DNA from: Catajapyx aquilonaris
Lineage: Eukaryota
Reading direction: 5' to 3'
Assembly: GCA_000934665.2 (NCBI GenBank)
Contig: JYFJ02003869.1
Location: 1 to 36,851 of the forward strand
Length of the DNA stretch: 36,851 nucleotides
Shown here: positions 25,706 through 36,851 of the stretch, one piece after another
Layout: the number at the start of each line of letters is the position of its first letter
Numbering within the stretch: the first letter of the stretch is position 1
Position numbers and translations under genes: made by a program
Notes under the pieces: model-generated
What the model saw: only the letters and a program-made list of their open reading frames with translations
What the model was told of the DNA's origin: nothing
Database searches by the model: none

Positions 25706-25714
25706 CTTAGGCAT
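25706..25714 (-). CDS. sca: Probable exon 1 coding end (MPK) of the scabrous orthologue
   Basis: ATG CCT AAG|gtacag is in phase with the exon 2 acceptor, giving MPKIPTMSAVVV. It is preceded by a CpG-rich leader running up to ~25885. Confidence 0.55.
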
Positions 25715-25859
25715 ATCCCACGATGGTAGCACAAAGCACAAAACGCCGATGCAGAAAAAACCCCGCACTAATATTCACAGAAGCATGGAAGCACCACGAT
25801 TCGCAAGTGCGAACTCAAAGGCGGGAAAAAGGAAGCTCCGACCGTAACGACTGGTTGTA

Positions 25860-26150
25860 GCGGACTGGCAACGAGCGAGCTACTGTCCGTCCTTCTAATA
25901 CCATCAGCCTGTTTGTGTGTGTGTGCGCGCGTTCAAGATTTTTTTTTTCCTATCCTGGGGCAGCCAACCAGGGGGCAGCTCTGGCCAGTTGGTCCACCCG
26001 AAAAAGGTAGGCCGTCTGCCAGTTCTAGCAAAGGCAGGCTGGCACGTGTTGCAGCCCCAAGGGCATTCGCCTGGACCAAGATCCGACACCTTCTTACACG
26101 CCCTCTAGTTTTTTTTTTCTTGTGGTATTTCGTCTTTGCCAGCTGTCGAC
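25860..26150 (-). promoter_or_regulatory. Candidate proximal promoter of sca
   Basis: GC/CpG-rich. Inr-like ACAGT on the minus strand near 25886, TGGCACGTGT at 26040-26049 and CAGCTG at 26140. Confidence 0.4.
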
Positions 26151-27613
26151 CGTCGTTCAAGAGCCGAATATTTTCACGACAATAGGGGATACTTGCGAGG
26201 GAATTTACAAAATATGAGTGGGATGTGGTTTTATCAGTGTTGTTACCATATGGCCATAAACAATGGACACTTTGCCTGGAAAACAAATGCATTAATGTTA
26301 TCTGCATGTCGTGTTGTGTGACTCGTACCAAGAAGCTAAAATGCCATTCCTAGTAATTAATGTGGCAAAAATTCATACAGATGACGTACGGCATTCAAAT
26401 CTCGTGATAGCTCGAGTAAAACACTAGTCCACTAAATAAACAGCAATTACCGGTATATCTTATCTAGGGAGGTTCATACGCACGTCGCGTCGTAACGTAC
26501 GAGCTTTACGTCTCTTATCGCAAGGCCTAATGCGTCTTCAAGCGATTTATTTGCTTTTCCTTTCCACATTGGACATTCGCACCCAATCTGGAGAAAGCAA
26601 CATATATTGCATTTTCATGTCGACCAGCTAATAATAATTATCATTGTATAGTCATGTCATATATTTGATATATTTTTGCTAATTTTGCCAGCCACACACT
26701 CACAACAGAGAAGGAGCAAATAACTTCAGATGACTGCTACCGGCCTGCTTTCACAACAAAAACACTGATCAGCAAAATCTGGCCGAATGCTAAATATGTC
26801 CGAAAGTACCAAAATTATGTGCTCAAATGCCAGCAATTTCCATTCGCATATTATTTGTCCTGCGGCCAGCCTGACATCACTCGACTACATTCAAGGCAAC
26901 CTGGATGGAAATGGAGAAACTGAGAAAGGACAGAGGTCAGCCAGGTGTCCTTTCAGAAAAAGAAAAGTGGTGGGCACGAGGCCCATGGAATAAGTCGGGA
27001 AAAGAAGGTTAGAGCGCTGGGCCGGCATCCATATTTGTATAGGTAGGCAGATGTTCCTGCTAGCTGGATCCCTAAGTTCGCCAGCTGCTGGCCTGCCCCG
27101 TCTCCAGACAAAAGCCCTTGAGTGGAGGGCGTGATAATTTCCTGATGGAAAGCCAGCTATCGGACCCAGCCTATGTATGCCAACCATCCCTCCATATATT
27201 TTTTTTTTCTAGCACCTGCTCTCCTATCTCTCGCTGGCCAACTGCGCCCTCGATTTTCAGCTTTTTTTGGTCTTTCTTCAGGTAGAGTGTGCCTGCGTCA
27301 ATGTGACTACCAATGTAACATGTGGTGTCTAAACAGATTTAGTAATCAAACCACGTGTGTTGGGGCTCGAGACACCCTTCGCGTAACATTGATTTCTTGG
27401 AGGGTTATTTACTAATCGGGGGATCGCATCTGATGAATATTGTCTTATTGTTGCGACGGTCGTATGAACCATTTGTGGTGGTTAATTCTAGTTTTTATGC
27501 AGAGTGCTGATAGAATAAGATAGGACCATTTATACTGAATGAACATGGTGAGCTGGTTGTTTTCTTATGAATGCACTAGTGGTAACTTGCCTAATTATTA
27601 CAATTCTGTTGAC

Positions 27614-27963
27614 ATTATTATTATTATTATTATTATTATTATCATTACCCCACGGGGGGAGTTATCTACTCCTTAGGGGGGTGGATTACCACCATTGGTA
27701 TTTATTTGGAGCGTGTGAAGAGAATCTTATTAATTACTCCAAGAGTATGTAGGAGGGGATGTGCAAAGTGCATGTGCAATGTCACTAACAGTCATTTTGT
27801 GAACGCCCCCGGGTGGATTAGTCTTTAGGAAATTTCCACCCGAAATGAAGCCAGAGATGGCCCAACTCTGCACGGATAAAGGTGGGAACCCCTGGTGGGG
27901 ATTGAACCCGGGACCTTCATATCCGTGGGCGCACGCGTTACCGCGACGCCACTTCATCTCCCT
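27614..27963 (-). mobile_element. tRNA-derived SINE, head type B
   Basis: Minus strand: GGGGAGATGAAGTGGCGTCGCGGTAACG...GGTTCAATCCCCACC (A and B boxes). Tail AATGGTGGTAATCCACCCCCC-hairpin-GGGGTA, then (TAA)n. Confidence 0.85.
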
Positions 27964-30230
27964 ATATTAGGCATATTATTATACATATATAGGCCTACAA
28001 TACGTTAATACATTCTTCATATTGAAATTAAATTAGTGCTAGTGGTTTGAATTTTTGTACTAAACTGCTTATTTATCAGAAGTTACTTTTAGAAGTTATC
28101 AAAATATTATTTGCGGATAATAGGCCTATTTGACAAAATTGAACGACAATCCAAGCTCTAAATTGAAATGTCTCTGCACGCGCATATCTGGTGAGAGATG
28201 AAATTTTGAATATTCATTTTAGCTTATAATACTGTGTATTGCGGTCAACTTGCGTCACCTGTTACATCACTGATTATCCCATATAAATCCTAGAGAAATG
28301 TCGAGATGTATGTATAGGCCTACTGTATGTATTGGGCTTATAGTACTAGTGTATGTCTACCTGTTGATGTATTGTGTAAGGTAAAATCTTTGACTTTAAA
28401 AAATACTGTATATTTGCGTCTCCTTCATATTTGACAATCCCTATTAAAGTAAGTGGAATGTTTATGGTTGCTGCCGTTCTTGATGACGATAGTGCATGAT
28501 TGTATTCTATACATGGGTCACACTGTGATACTGAAAATAAATAAGATTGTCATAAGGGTATAAATGTCACCAATATTATACAAGCTGTTTCTTACTTGTG
28601 GGACATTCGACCACCAGCGGACTCGCTGGCCAAGGAATATGCTGGCGGCCACTAGAAGAGAGCTTATTCAATCGGGATTTGTAGGCTATACTGATATAAA
28701 ATGACAGTAGGGTAGAGTCACAAAAGTATAGATTATGATCATAATAGTTCCACTTGACGATAATAGGGTTATTTCAATACTTCAGAGGAGTGCCAATTAT
28801 ATGTTTGAGTGCCAGACAGTCATAAGGCATGGGCAAATTGCAAATTAACAAATCCATGCGATACCCTGTATTGCTCTCCACGTCTGAAGGTGTTAATTCT
28901 ATCTTACGTAAGCACCTCCTTTCTGCCACCACTGATATCCATCGCTAATTCATCCTGCGCAGATTACAGAGTGAACATCGATCGCTTCTTTGCTTTTTAT
29001 TGAGGTGGATGTGAAGGTGTGACAAGCTTATAAAAATGAAGGATCTGTTCCATCAGGGTTTATTTTGCTGTCTATCAATAAAAATTGTAGTGGAAGTTGT
29101 TGATAACAATATTAGATGAGCACGTGAAACTCGGCTTCTTATGTTATTGAGTTATGAAAAACTCGACTTGAAATTCTCGGATTTGCAATTTCCTTAATTT
29201 TAAAATGATTGTTAAAGGCCCTGCAAAGCTTCCAGTATTTTAAATTTAATTTTTAGGACTATTATGTCTAATTTTAGTCGTACGTAGTTGCAAATTGTCA
29301 TTCAAAAGCGGGTACGGTAATGAATAAAATTGATGATTATAAAACCTAGGTTCTCAGTTTGGCAACACTTCAAAGGATGTACTGCCTTGAGGAAAATGAA
29401 TACACATAGGGTCTACGGTAAATCAACTTCATTAAAGTTCAATTTCAGCAAACAAAATGTTACTCTAAATTTTTTACATCATCTCTTACTGCCCTAAGAA
29501 TTACATCAAAAATTGCGGAAGGTTCCTAACACATGTGGATATTTTAAAAAAGATGAAATTGCCAATTTGTAACTTTCTAGCCCAGATTTTCGTCACTTAG
29601 TGTAAGTATGCAATAAGGGGGGGAAACGTTTTTGTGGAAATTACAGATTCTCAGCTCGCATTTCTGGCCCGACTTGCAGATTTCCGCTCTTGGAATGTAA
29701 CGCATACGAGCCAAATTCCCCCACAATATTAGGACAAATCATCTCTAATTCCTTAAAATTATTCGAGGAAAAGGGGCGGAAACTGATAATTTTGTTCCGC
29801 TAAGGATTGCGAATGGATATTAATTCCGAGGTGTCCCGAACAGTTGTGACGACTTTGCTGATTTTGCAATATTCCAAGCCCAGGTAAGGTTCTATACAAT
29901 CCTATTTCATTATTGATCAAAAACCTCTGAATTAAAAAAAAGGTTTCAATTACTTTCTGATTCGCCCTCGTATAAAAATTCGCCCGAGGCCCCTGGATGT
30001 CTTGCCGTCATGCCAACTACTCAGGATATACCAGGCAGAAGGGAAATAGATTTGATCATAATTATAACTTTGAGACACCAAATTAAGACCTTCCTGATTG
30101 ACTGATCCTTACCGAAGCATGTTTATCGTATTCCCCACACGTCAAAGCCCCAGCATAATGATTCATACAGTAGAATATTCAGGACATTCGGAGTTATATA
30201 GGTCCCCATATATGCCGTATTTTGGAAGAA

Positions 30231-30615
30231 GAATAGCGATGCTGGAAATGTTCCTGGATATCTTACGTAATTATGGGGGTATTTAATTTTTGGCTGCCAA
30301 TTCATGTTATACACATCAATATCTCATTCACATCCTGGAATTTTGTGATTAGTGTAATTAATGACAAAGCTACAGCGGTTTTCAGCAAGGTCTTAATTTT
30401 GCAGTAGCAGAATAGCGGTGCTGGAAATGTTCCTGGATATTTTACGTAATTATGGGGGTATTTAATTTTTGGCTGCCAATTCAGGTTATACCTATAAATA
30501 TCTCATTCACATCCTAAAATCATGTGCTTAGTGTAATTAATGACAAAGCTACAGCGGTTTTAAGTAAGGCTCCCATTACGCCTTATGGAAAGAGGCGATG
30601 CCGGATATTCCTGGA
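30231..30615. repeat. Tandem duplication of a unit of about 180 bp (two copies plus a degenerate partial third)
   Basis: GAATAGCGATGCTGGAAATGTTCCTGGATAT...GACAAAGCTACAGCGGTTTT starts at 30231 and again at 30410 with few differences. Confidence 0.9.
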
Positions 30616-32898
30616 CACGCGGTTATTAACACTTGGCCCGACAAGCTGCTTATACCCCACCTCTTGTGGTGCAAAAAAATTACTTATGCCTATTTATTCG
30701 GCAATATGTGTCAAAATTACATGAATACAGTCCAGGGATTTATCCACTCCCCTCCCCCAACACCCCCCCCCCCAACTTGTGCACACCTCTCACACAAACC
30801 ATGCTACCTTTTTTTAAAAAAATGTTCGCTTACTTATAGCGTCCTTAATTTTTCAAGTAACCCCCCCCCCCAGGCCCCACTAAGTCAGAACTATCAAAAT
30901 TACAGCCGGAAAAAGTGCTACCAATTTCATCAAATACACACCCATTCAAATCTCCCCTATTCACCTAAGCTCGTGTGACCTTGAACCCAAAAAAAAATTT
31001 ACGTCCTGTTCACCTAGTGCTTATGATAAACCCCCGAAATTTTTCTGCCTACGCGCCTGAGAATTGTTCATTAGACCCACACACAAACGCCCCTCCTAAA
31101 ATTCTCACCTGGGGCCTTTTTTGGATAAATTTTTTTCGATTATTAGAAGTGGTCAAAACCCAATCAACATATTATGCATCAAATGGAAGAGAACCGCGAG
31201 GAGAATTCACCAGTGGAATTTGTTTTTCTCGAAAATGCACCTAGAAAAACATGTAAGTTATGTCATTCCATCGGTCACATGCTCAGTCACATGTCCAAGT
31301 ATTAAGACCCCAACAATATATTAGTGATGTATTTGCATACTAGCAGCCATATTTGGTGACAGGAGTTGCAACCCATACAAGATTCAATATGTTCAGTTTC
31401 AATTCTGGGTCACGCATGGCTCATGAGAAAGTAATAGATATACCGTCTATGTTTTGCCGAATTACCATTAATTTGCATGGAGCCAAATTCTTGGACATGT
31501 GACTGGTGAAATGCCACACATGTTTTTCAAAGCAACTGGGAAAAACAAGTTTTCAAAAACAGAAAAACTTGACTTCAAGTTTGCATTAGATAGAAGCTTT
31601 TAGCAGAGGTAATTTCGACTAGAAATTAGTTCGGGTCATCACCACCACCTGGTAAAGTTCGGCTAAGGATATGACTTGTTATGGGGCAGAATGAAAATAA
31701 ATGGACACATAAAATACACAATCGGTCTGCCCCGTGGTCTTCCCGAAGAAATCAACTGAAAAACTCAATCCAAAATATAAATGCCCTTTTCCACCCACCC
31801 CAACCAAATTCACTGATGCTTGTCTCTCCATATAAATAAGGTCAGTCACCTGAGTGACCTGAGGTCACACCTCTCTTACGTTAGTAGCAATATCGCCATC
31901 AGCAACAATTTGACTGAGTCGGTCTCCTGTAGGCCTACTACTGTGTGAATGTACACACCCTTTAGTTCACATCCTGATAGCCCCACTACTTGAGGAACAT
32001 TCCTCACTCGCCATACTTTAGGCAAGTGATGTAGATACGAATACGATAACGCGTAGGCTATACCGCGTGCCTGAATAGTAGTGTATTGGGCCTATGATAC
32101 TGATGAGCATTGCCCGTAGGTACCATCTGTTGCTAAATTATTTTATTACAAACCTCTATAGGTCATAGTCATCGATCTTCAACTACTGGTTCGAAAATAT
32201 TAGCTTGAGGTAATGTCTGGAGTCTAGATGATAGAGCAGCGAATAGAGGTTTGGTTCATTGGAGTAGTCAAGTAACTTATGAAGTAACTTATGAGGTAAA
32301 TAACACAATGGAAGAACGAGGCATTAGTATACAGCAAGCTTCACCATATTATTCACATGGTTGGCCTCTACCGTACTGTACATACTGAAGATTTAAAATG
32401 TGTGGACATGGGAGTTTCAATGGTAGCCCGATTTTATGGCATTGTCAGACTCCCATTTTTGTCACTCTACATTGAAATACTGCGAACTTAGAAAACGCAC
32501 CTCGAACAGGCATCACTAATCTTGTGAATGGACAAATTTGATTGGGATGACCTGAAACGAGGTGTTTTCGCAATCACATTTGGGTCAAAATTGGGTTAAG
32601 CATTTTGTAATACAGTCCTTGACACGTACCTTACCGTACAGTATACACACTTTCTCATATAGTCAAATGAGTTTTCTTTTAGATCAGTCACAGACCCACT
32701 AAGAGGAATCCCGTAAGTGATAAATGCAATATTCCTACTTCAAATCCTCAAATCAGTGCAGAAATCAGTGCACTGTGACTCTCTGCATTTCTGGTCTTCA
32801 TATGTAACATTTTACTTACAGAGTTAGTAGTGCACGCAGAGAACATTCACCCCAAAATACAGTGTGTACTTAGGCAACAATAATTCAAGTGTTGACTT

Positions 32899-33246
32899 TT
32901 TTTTACCCCATTAGAGGGAGCTGAGCCCTATTAGGGGGGTGCGGGTGGATTAGCACCATTTGAATTTTCTAAGAATTATCTGTTTTTCTTCAAACTCTGG
33001 TGCAGGGAAATCAAGCACAATGGGTAAGGATAGGCATTGTTGGGGAGGGAACGTAGGTGCAAGTGCAATACCGATAAATGGGTCATGTGCTGTTCCCCGG
33101 GAGGTTAGGTTGCCAGACACCTCCAAGGTGCGGGTCAGAGACCCTCCCGACGCAGGTGAAAGGGAAATCCCAGGTGGGGATCGAACCTGGGACCTCTCAC
33201 TCAGCAAGCCGAGACGTTACCATCTAGGCTACCACACCTCCCCTTA
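32899..33246 (-). mobile_element. tRNA-derived SINE, head type B-like
   Basis: Minus strand: A-box TAGCCTAGATGG, B-box GGTTCGATCCC, tail AATGGTGCTAATCCACCC..hairpin..GGGGTA-(A)n. 12-bp TSD AAGTGTTGACTT at 32887-32898 and 33247-33258. Confidence 0.9.
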
Positions 33247-35408
33247 AAGTGTTGACTTCAATGTGAGAAAGAAGGCTAAGAAAGAAGCTATAGGTGCCTA
33301 ACGGCGCAATGCGAGTTAAATGACCCTGCTGCCATCAGATCTGGAAATCAGATAATTATAGCAGTCTATACTACTACTAATACTTTTGCGCAAATGTATG
33401 ATGAAGAGCTCTTCCGCCACCAAAAATTTAGACAATGATGGTGATAGCAATTGGCTCAGAATTTCTTCGTCGAGGCTCCATTGCCTCCAGTTGGGTTGCT
33501 TCACATGATGCAGGTGCACACAGAGGCGAATTGTACAGTAAGGTACTAGTACTGTACTTGCATGTTGTACAGTCGGATCAAAAATTGATGTACCAGTCAC
33601 CTTTATTTTCTACAGTTAGTAACCTAATACATTCTGCTTACTTGGTATCGTCTAAATAACCGGTTTCTGGAATTAACTGGACCTTCCTGTATAATACGAG
33701 AACTTGTAATATAATTCTGTATACAAGAGTGTAATTAAACAGGAGCATACCCTGAGGTATGGAAGCTGCTGAATACAGGCTTCTACAAACATTACATGCT
33801 AATTCACATATATCGTCCGTGCAATAAGAGAATAATTCTGTGCCAAGTCAGTGACAGAGAGTCATTTCATTTGCCGTACACCTGTGTAAAACCGAAAGTA
33901 TGTGTCCGGATGCGTGAGACAGGCAAGGCCGCGAAGTGTAGTGTAGCAGTCCTGTAGGATGTACGAAATCCTTGTGCGGCACTTGACTAAAGGCAGAAGG
34001 ACCTTGGCGCCTGTTAAAATAATAGATGATGGCAAGATGGGGTTGACAATACGATCGTAAAGTATGGAAAAGGATTGCGCCAGCCACACACCTGGATGTA
34101 ACACACACCTGGGGTCACTCCTGATCGAAGTTCAAGGATTCAGAAGATGAAATTGGCAGCAAGTTGATAATATGAATTTTTCGCTTTGTTTGGTGTTTTG
34201 TCTTTTGTGGCTTGGAGGAACAAGTCGGAAGTTGATTTGCTCACGTTTAGAGCCTTAGAAACTTGAAACATCGACTTTGAAAGTCCTGGGCTCTTTTTCA
34301 AAATAATTTAAAATAGCAGCGGAGAACAATAATATGTTCCATTAGTTTTAATGATAAGACCAATAAAGGCCATTTGTTATATGATCATGAAAATTGGGAA
34401 TTAAAACCTAGACTTAGAATGATCTCAATTGGGAATTTTGGTTGAAGATATAATTTTTCTTCTTGACGCCTCCCACCCACATACCCTTGCACATTCGTAT
34501 CAATCAACATACGCAACACACAGTATGTATGCATAAGGCCCTCGAGTCAGCCCCCTCACACGCCAAAATGTGGTAATACTGACCTCCCCCTGATCCCCTA
34601 AAATTACTGGCATTACCCACTTTGTGTCATTTTCGGCACCAAATACAGCAAAGGTGCTTGTCTATTTGGTGAACTCGCTGAAAATACCGTAATAACAAAA
34701 CAAAAAACAAAAAACGTTTTAAGCGGTTTTTAAAATATGAATGAGAAGAACCCATTAGACTATAATTATTATCAAGTCGAGATTCCACCGGATTATGTTG
34801 ATTTCATGCTTTTGAGAATATCTCATGATTTTTACCATGTTTGCAAGAATGACGTGCATGTCAATCCATAATAATTATTATTCGTGGGTACACGGTTATA
34901 GTGAAAGATCACCATTATTTCTTTTTGGTGCCCGATGAAAGAATCCAAGCTTCGAGCACCAAGGAGGTCCTCAGGACTTGGCCGTTGTCCCATACAGGGC
35001 TATCGGTCATTTGTAGAATTGTTTTGCTCTCTTGGACAAGTTTTTTAGGAAAAAGGTGAAAGCATTAGCGGGGTCAGGAGGTGGAAGGTGAAAGATCATG
35101 ATGCGGAAATGAAAGAAGAATAGGCCATTGACGGTCAAAGGGAACCGGATCCAGCTTTTCACTTTTTCGGTCGACTGAATGAGTGGCTATAATTTATACG
35201 TGTTATGTGAGGGAAACTGAAAATCAGCTGGCGATAAAAGAAAGAACGTGCATATTATTTGACACTATTCTAGAACAAAAGTCGTTGAGAGGATTGTACA
35301 GTATGTATAGCATTGCTTTTACGAAAGCACTTTAAAATGCTAATTACATGCATTATACTTGTAATTGCATTTACCAAGGTGAGAGTACACGTTTTATATG
35401 GCTTTTTC

Positions 35409-35691
35409 ACCGAAGCAGTTTGGAGTAGGGGATACGGTGTCCGACTGCTAATCGGGGGGTCCTGGGATCAAATCCCGGGGCCGGCAACTCTGACCGTGGT
35501 TTTCTGTGGTTTCCCACGGTCCTTCCAGGAAAATTCCGGAGTTGTTTCCGTAATTAACAGGCCACAGCCGCTTCCTTCCGTCCCTATCCCATCCCAAAAA
35601 GTTGTGCAGCAAAAACGAAAGCAAAGAGTTCCAGGCAAAAAGAAAAACTTCCCTCCTAAAGAGCCGAAAGAGGCTGATAACGGGGTATGAA

Positions 35692-35752
<61 letters not shown>
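35409..35752 (+). mobile_element. tRNA-derived SINE, head type A with a different tail
   Basis: The first ~180 bp align with the 2627-2884 element. The 3' part differs and ends GGGGTA plus (ATT)n. 15-bp TSD TTATATGGCTTTTTC at 35394-35408 and 35753-35767. Confidence 0.9.

Positions 35753-35756
<4 letters not shown>
35698..35756. repeat. (ATT)n microsatellite forming the SINE tail
   Basis: About 19 perfect ATT units. Confidence 0.95.
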
Positions 35757-35758
<2 letters not shown>

Positions 35759-36115
35759 GGCTTTTTCTTGGCCAAGGAAATAACATTTTGAGTGGAAGTT
35801 TTTTTAAAACATGGACGTTACCGGAAAGGACACGTAGTATACAGTACATTGCAACTTTTGCGGGATATAACAATTATTGTAGCAAGTGAAATTAATATTT
35901 GAATAAGTCGGTTAGAACTCAACTTTATAGGCTACATGAGGGAAATATTATGCCTTTCATTCTAAATGAATGGAAACAGTTTATTTGCAACCTTTCCCGA
36001 TATCCTTTACACCTGATTATGGTATCGATACCATTCACCTGGTGCTTCCTCAGCATAATATATTATACTGTATTCTACAACTACAAGTACGCTAGTAATC
36101 AAAGTACGTATTTAA

Positions 36116-36573
36116 CCCTCAATATGAAACCATATTTAGCCATTCTTAACTTGAAACGTGGGGTCCAAAAGGACCCCACAATCGTTTTTGTACAATAAAC
36201 TTACAACACCAGCAAAAGTAAAGTATTTTATGCCTCCTAAATTTTGTCAGTAAAATTAGAAGTGAAATACACACAAAAATCTCCTGTGTTGTTGGTTAAC
36301 TCATGAGGCGCTGTTTACTGTGTACCCGCAATCCCGCATATAGTCTTTCTATTGCATATGCCATCAATCAAAACATCGACATTAAATTCTGTAAACAATC
36401 ACAATCCCACCTGTCGCCCCAGCCTCAAAAGCTTCTTAGCTGCCTAGAAGAAGGTGCGAAAAGGCAAAAACTGCCAATCATGAAGTTGCCATGTGTGTTT
36501 GCGGTCCGGAAAAAAGTTCGCTAACTTGAAACGTGCTGGGGTCCGCTTGGACCCCAATACGACTAGTGAGCGT
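36116..36573. mobile_element. piggyBac-like non-autonomous element
   Basis: TTAA|CCCTC ... GAGCGT|TTAA. Both ends carry TAACTTGAAACGTG followed by the hairpin GGGGTCC-N4-GGACCCC. Confidence 0.6.
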
Positions 36574-36748
36574 TTAAATGGCATTATCTCGCATAAGTTA
36601 TTTTTTTCATCGCGCATTATTTTTTACACGCTTTATTCCAGGCATGAAAGAGTGTTTTTGAGGAATATATAGGTGTGGGCTTCAGGGGCCCGCTCCTTCT
36701 AAATGACATATCAGTAGAATTCTGTTCCTTTTCTTGCTTAATTTCTAG

Positions 36749-36851
36749 TTTTATTTTATTTATTTATTTATTTATTATTAGTTACCCCACAAGGCCCAAA
36801 GGCCTTCTTCGGGGGACACACATCACATTACATGATATCGGGTAATTCACA
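36749..36851 (-). mobile_element. 3' end of a LINE or SINE running off the window
   Basis: Minus strand: CCCCCGAAGAAGGCCTTTGGGCCTTGTGGGGTA followed by (TAAA)n, the same architecture as the SINE tails. Confidence 0.6.

Noticed and set aside
33500..34115. Four scattered CACCTG/CAGGTG motifs, including a CACACACCTGG direct repeat
   Set aside because: Two arise from one short duplication and the flanks fit the proneural consensus less well. Too weak to call.
35511..35518. Su(H)-type site TTCCCACG
   Set aside because: A single site inside a SINE body. No paired or clustered Su(H) sites were seen near the gene.
35448..35889. Poly-isoleucine ORFs on both strands
   Set aside because: Translation of the (ATT)n SINE tail.
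1..36851. CRISPR array, operon or other prokaryotic/viral system
   Set aside because: No repeat-spacer periodicity or long intronless ORFs. The spliced gene and SINEs show this is animal nuclear DNA.

Overview
Eukaryotic, AT-rich genomic DNA, most likely from a non-dipteran arthropod (inferred from the gene and repeat types). It holds one complete multi-exon gene on the minus strand, a scabrous (sca) orthologue: signal peptide, long coiled-coil region and C-terminal fibrinogen-related domain (FReD). I reconstructed it by hand as 9 coding exons (25714 down to 11959) with GT-AG introns in consistent phase, giving about 769 aa, or 763 aa from the second ATG at 24586. The rest is introns and intergenic DNA carrying tRNA-derived SINEs (three with clear target-site duplications), several MITE-type DNA transposons, a roughly 180-bp tandem duplication and clusters of bHLH and YY1-like motifs. 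There is no prokaryotic system, CRISPR array or intact transposase/reverse-transcriptase ORF. The most interesting observations are: (1) SINEs with swapped heads and tails that share a structurally conserved 3' stem-loop; (2) a dense intronic cluster of proneural E-boxes and Hairy/E(spl) sites; (3) a possible FReD-less alternative terminal exon. All homology calls are from recall, not database searches.
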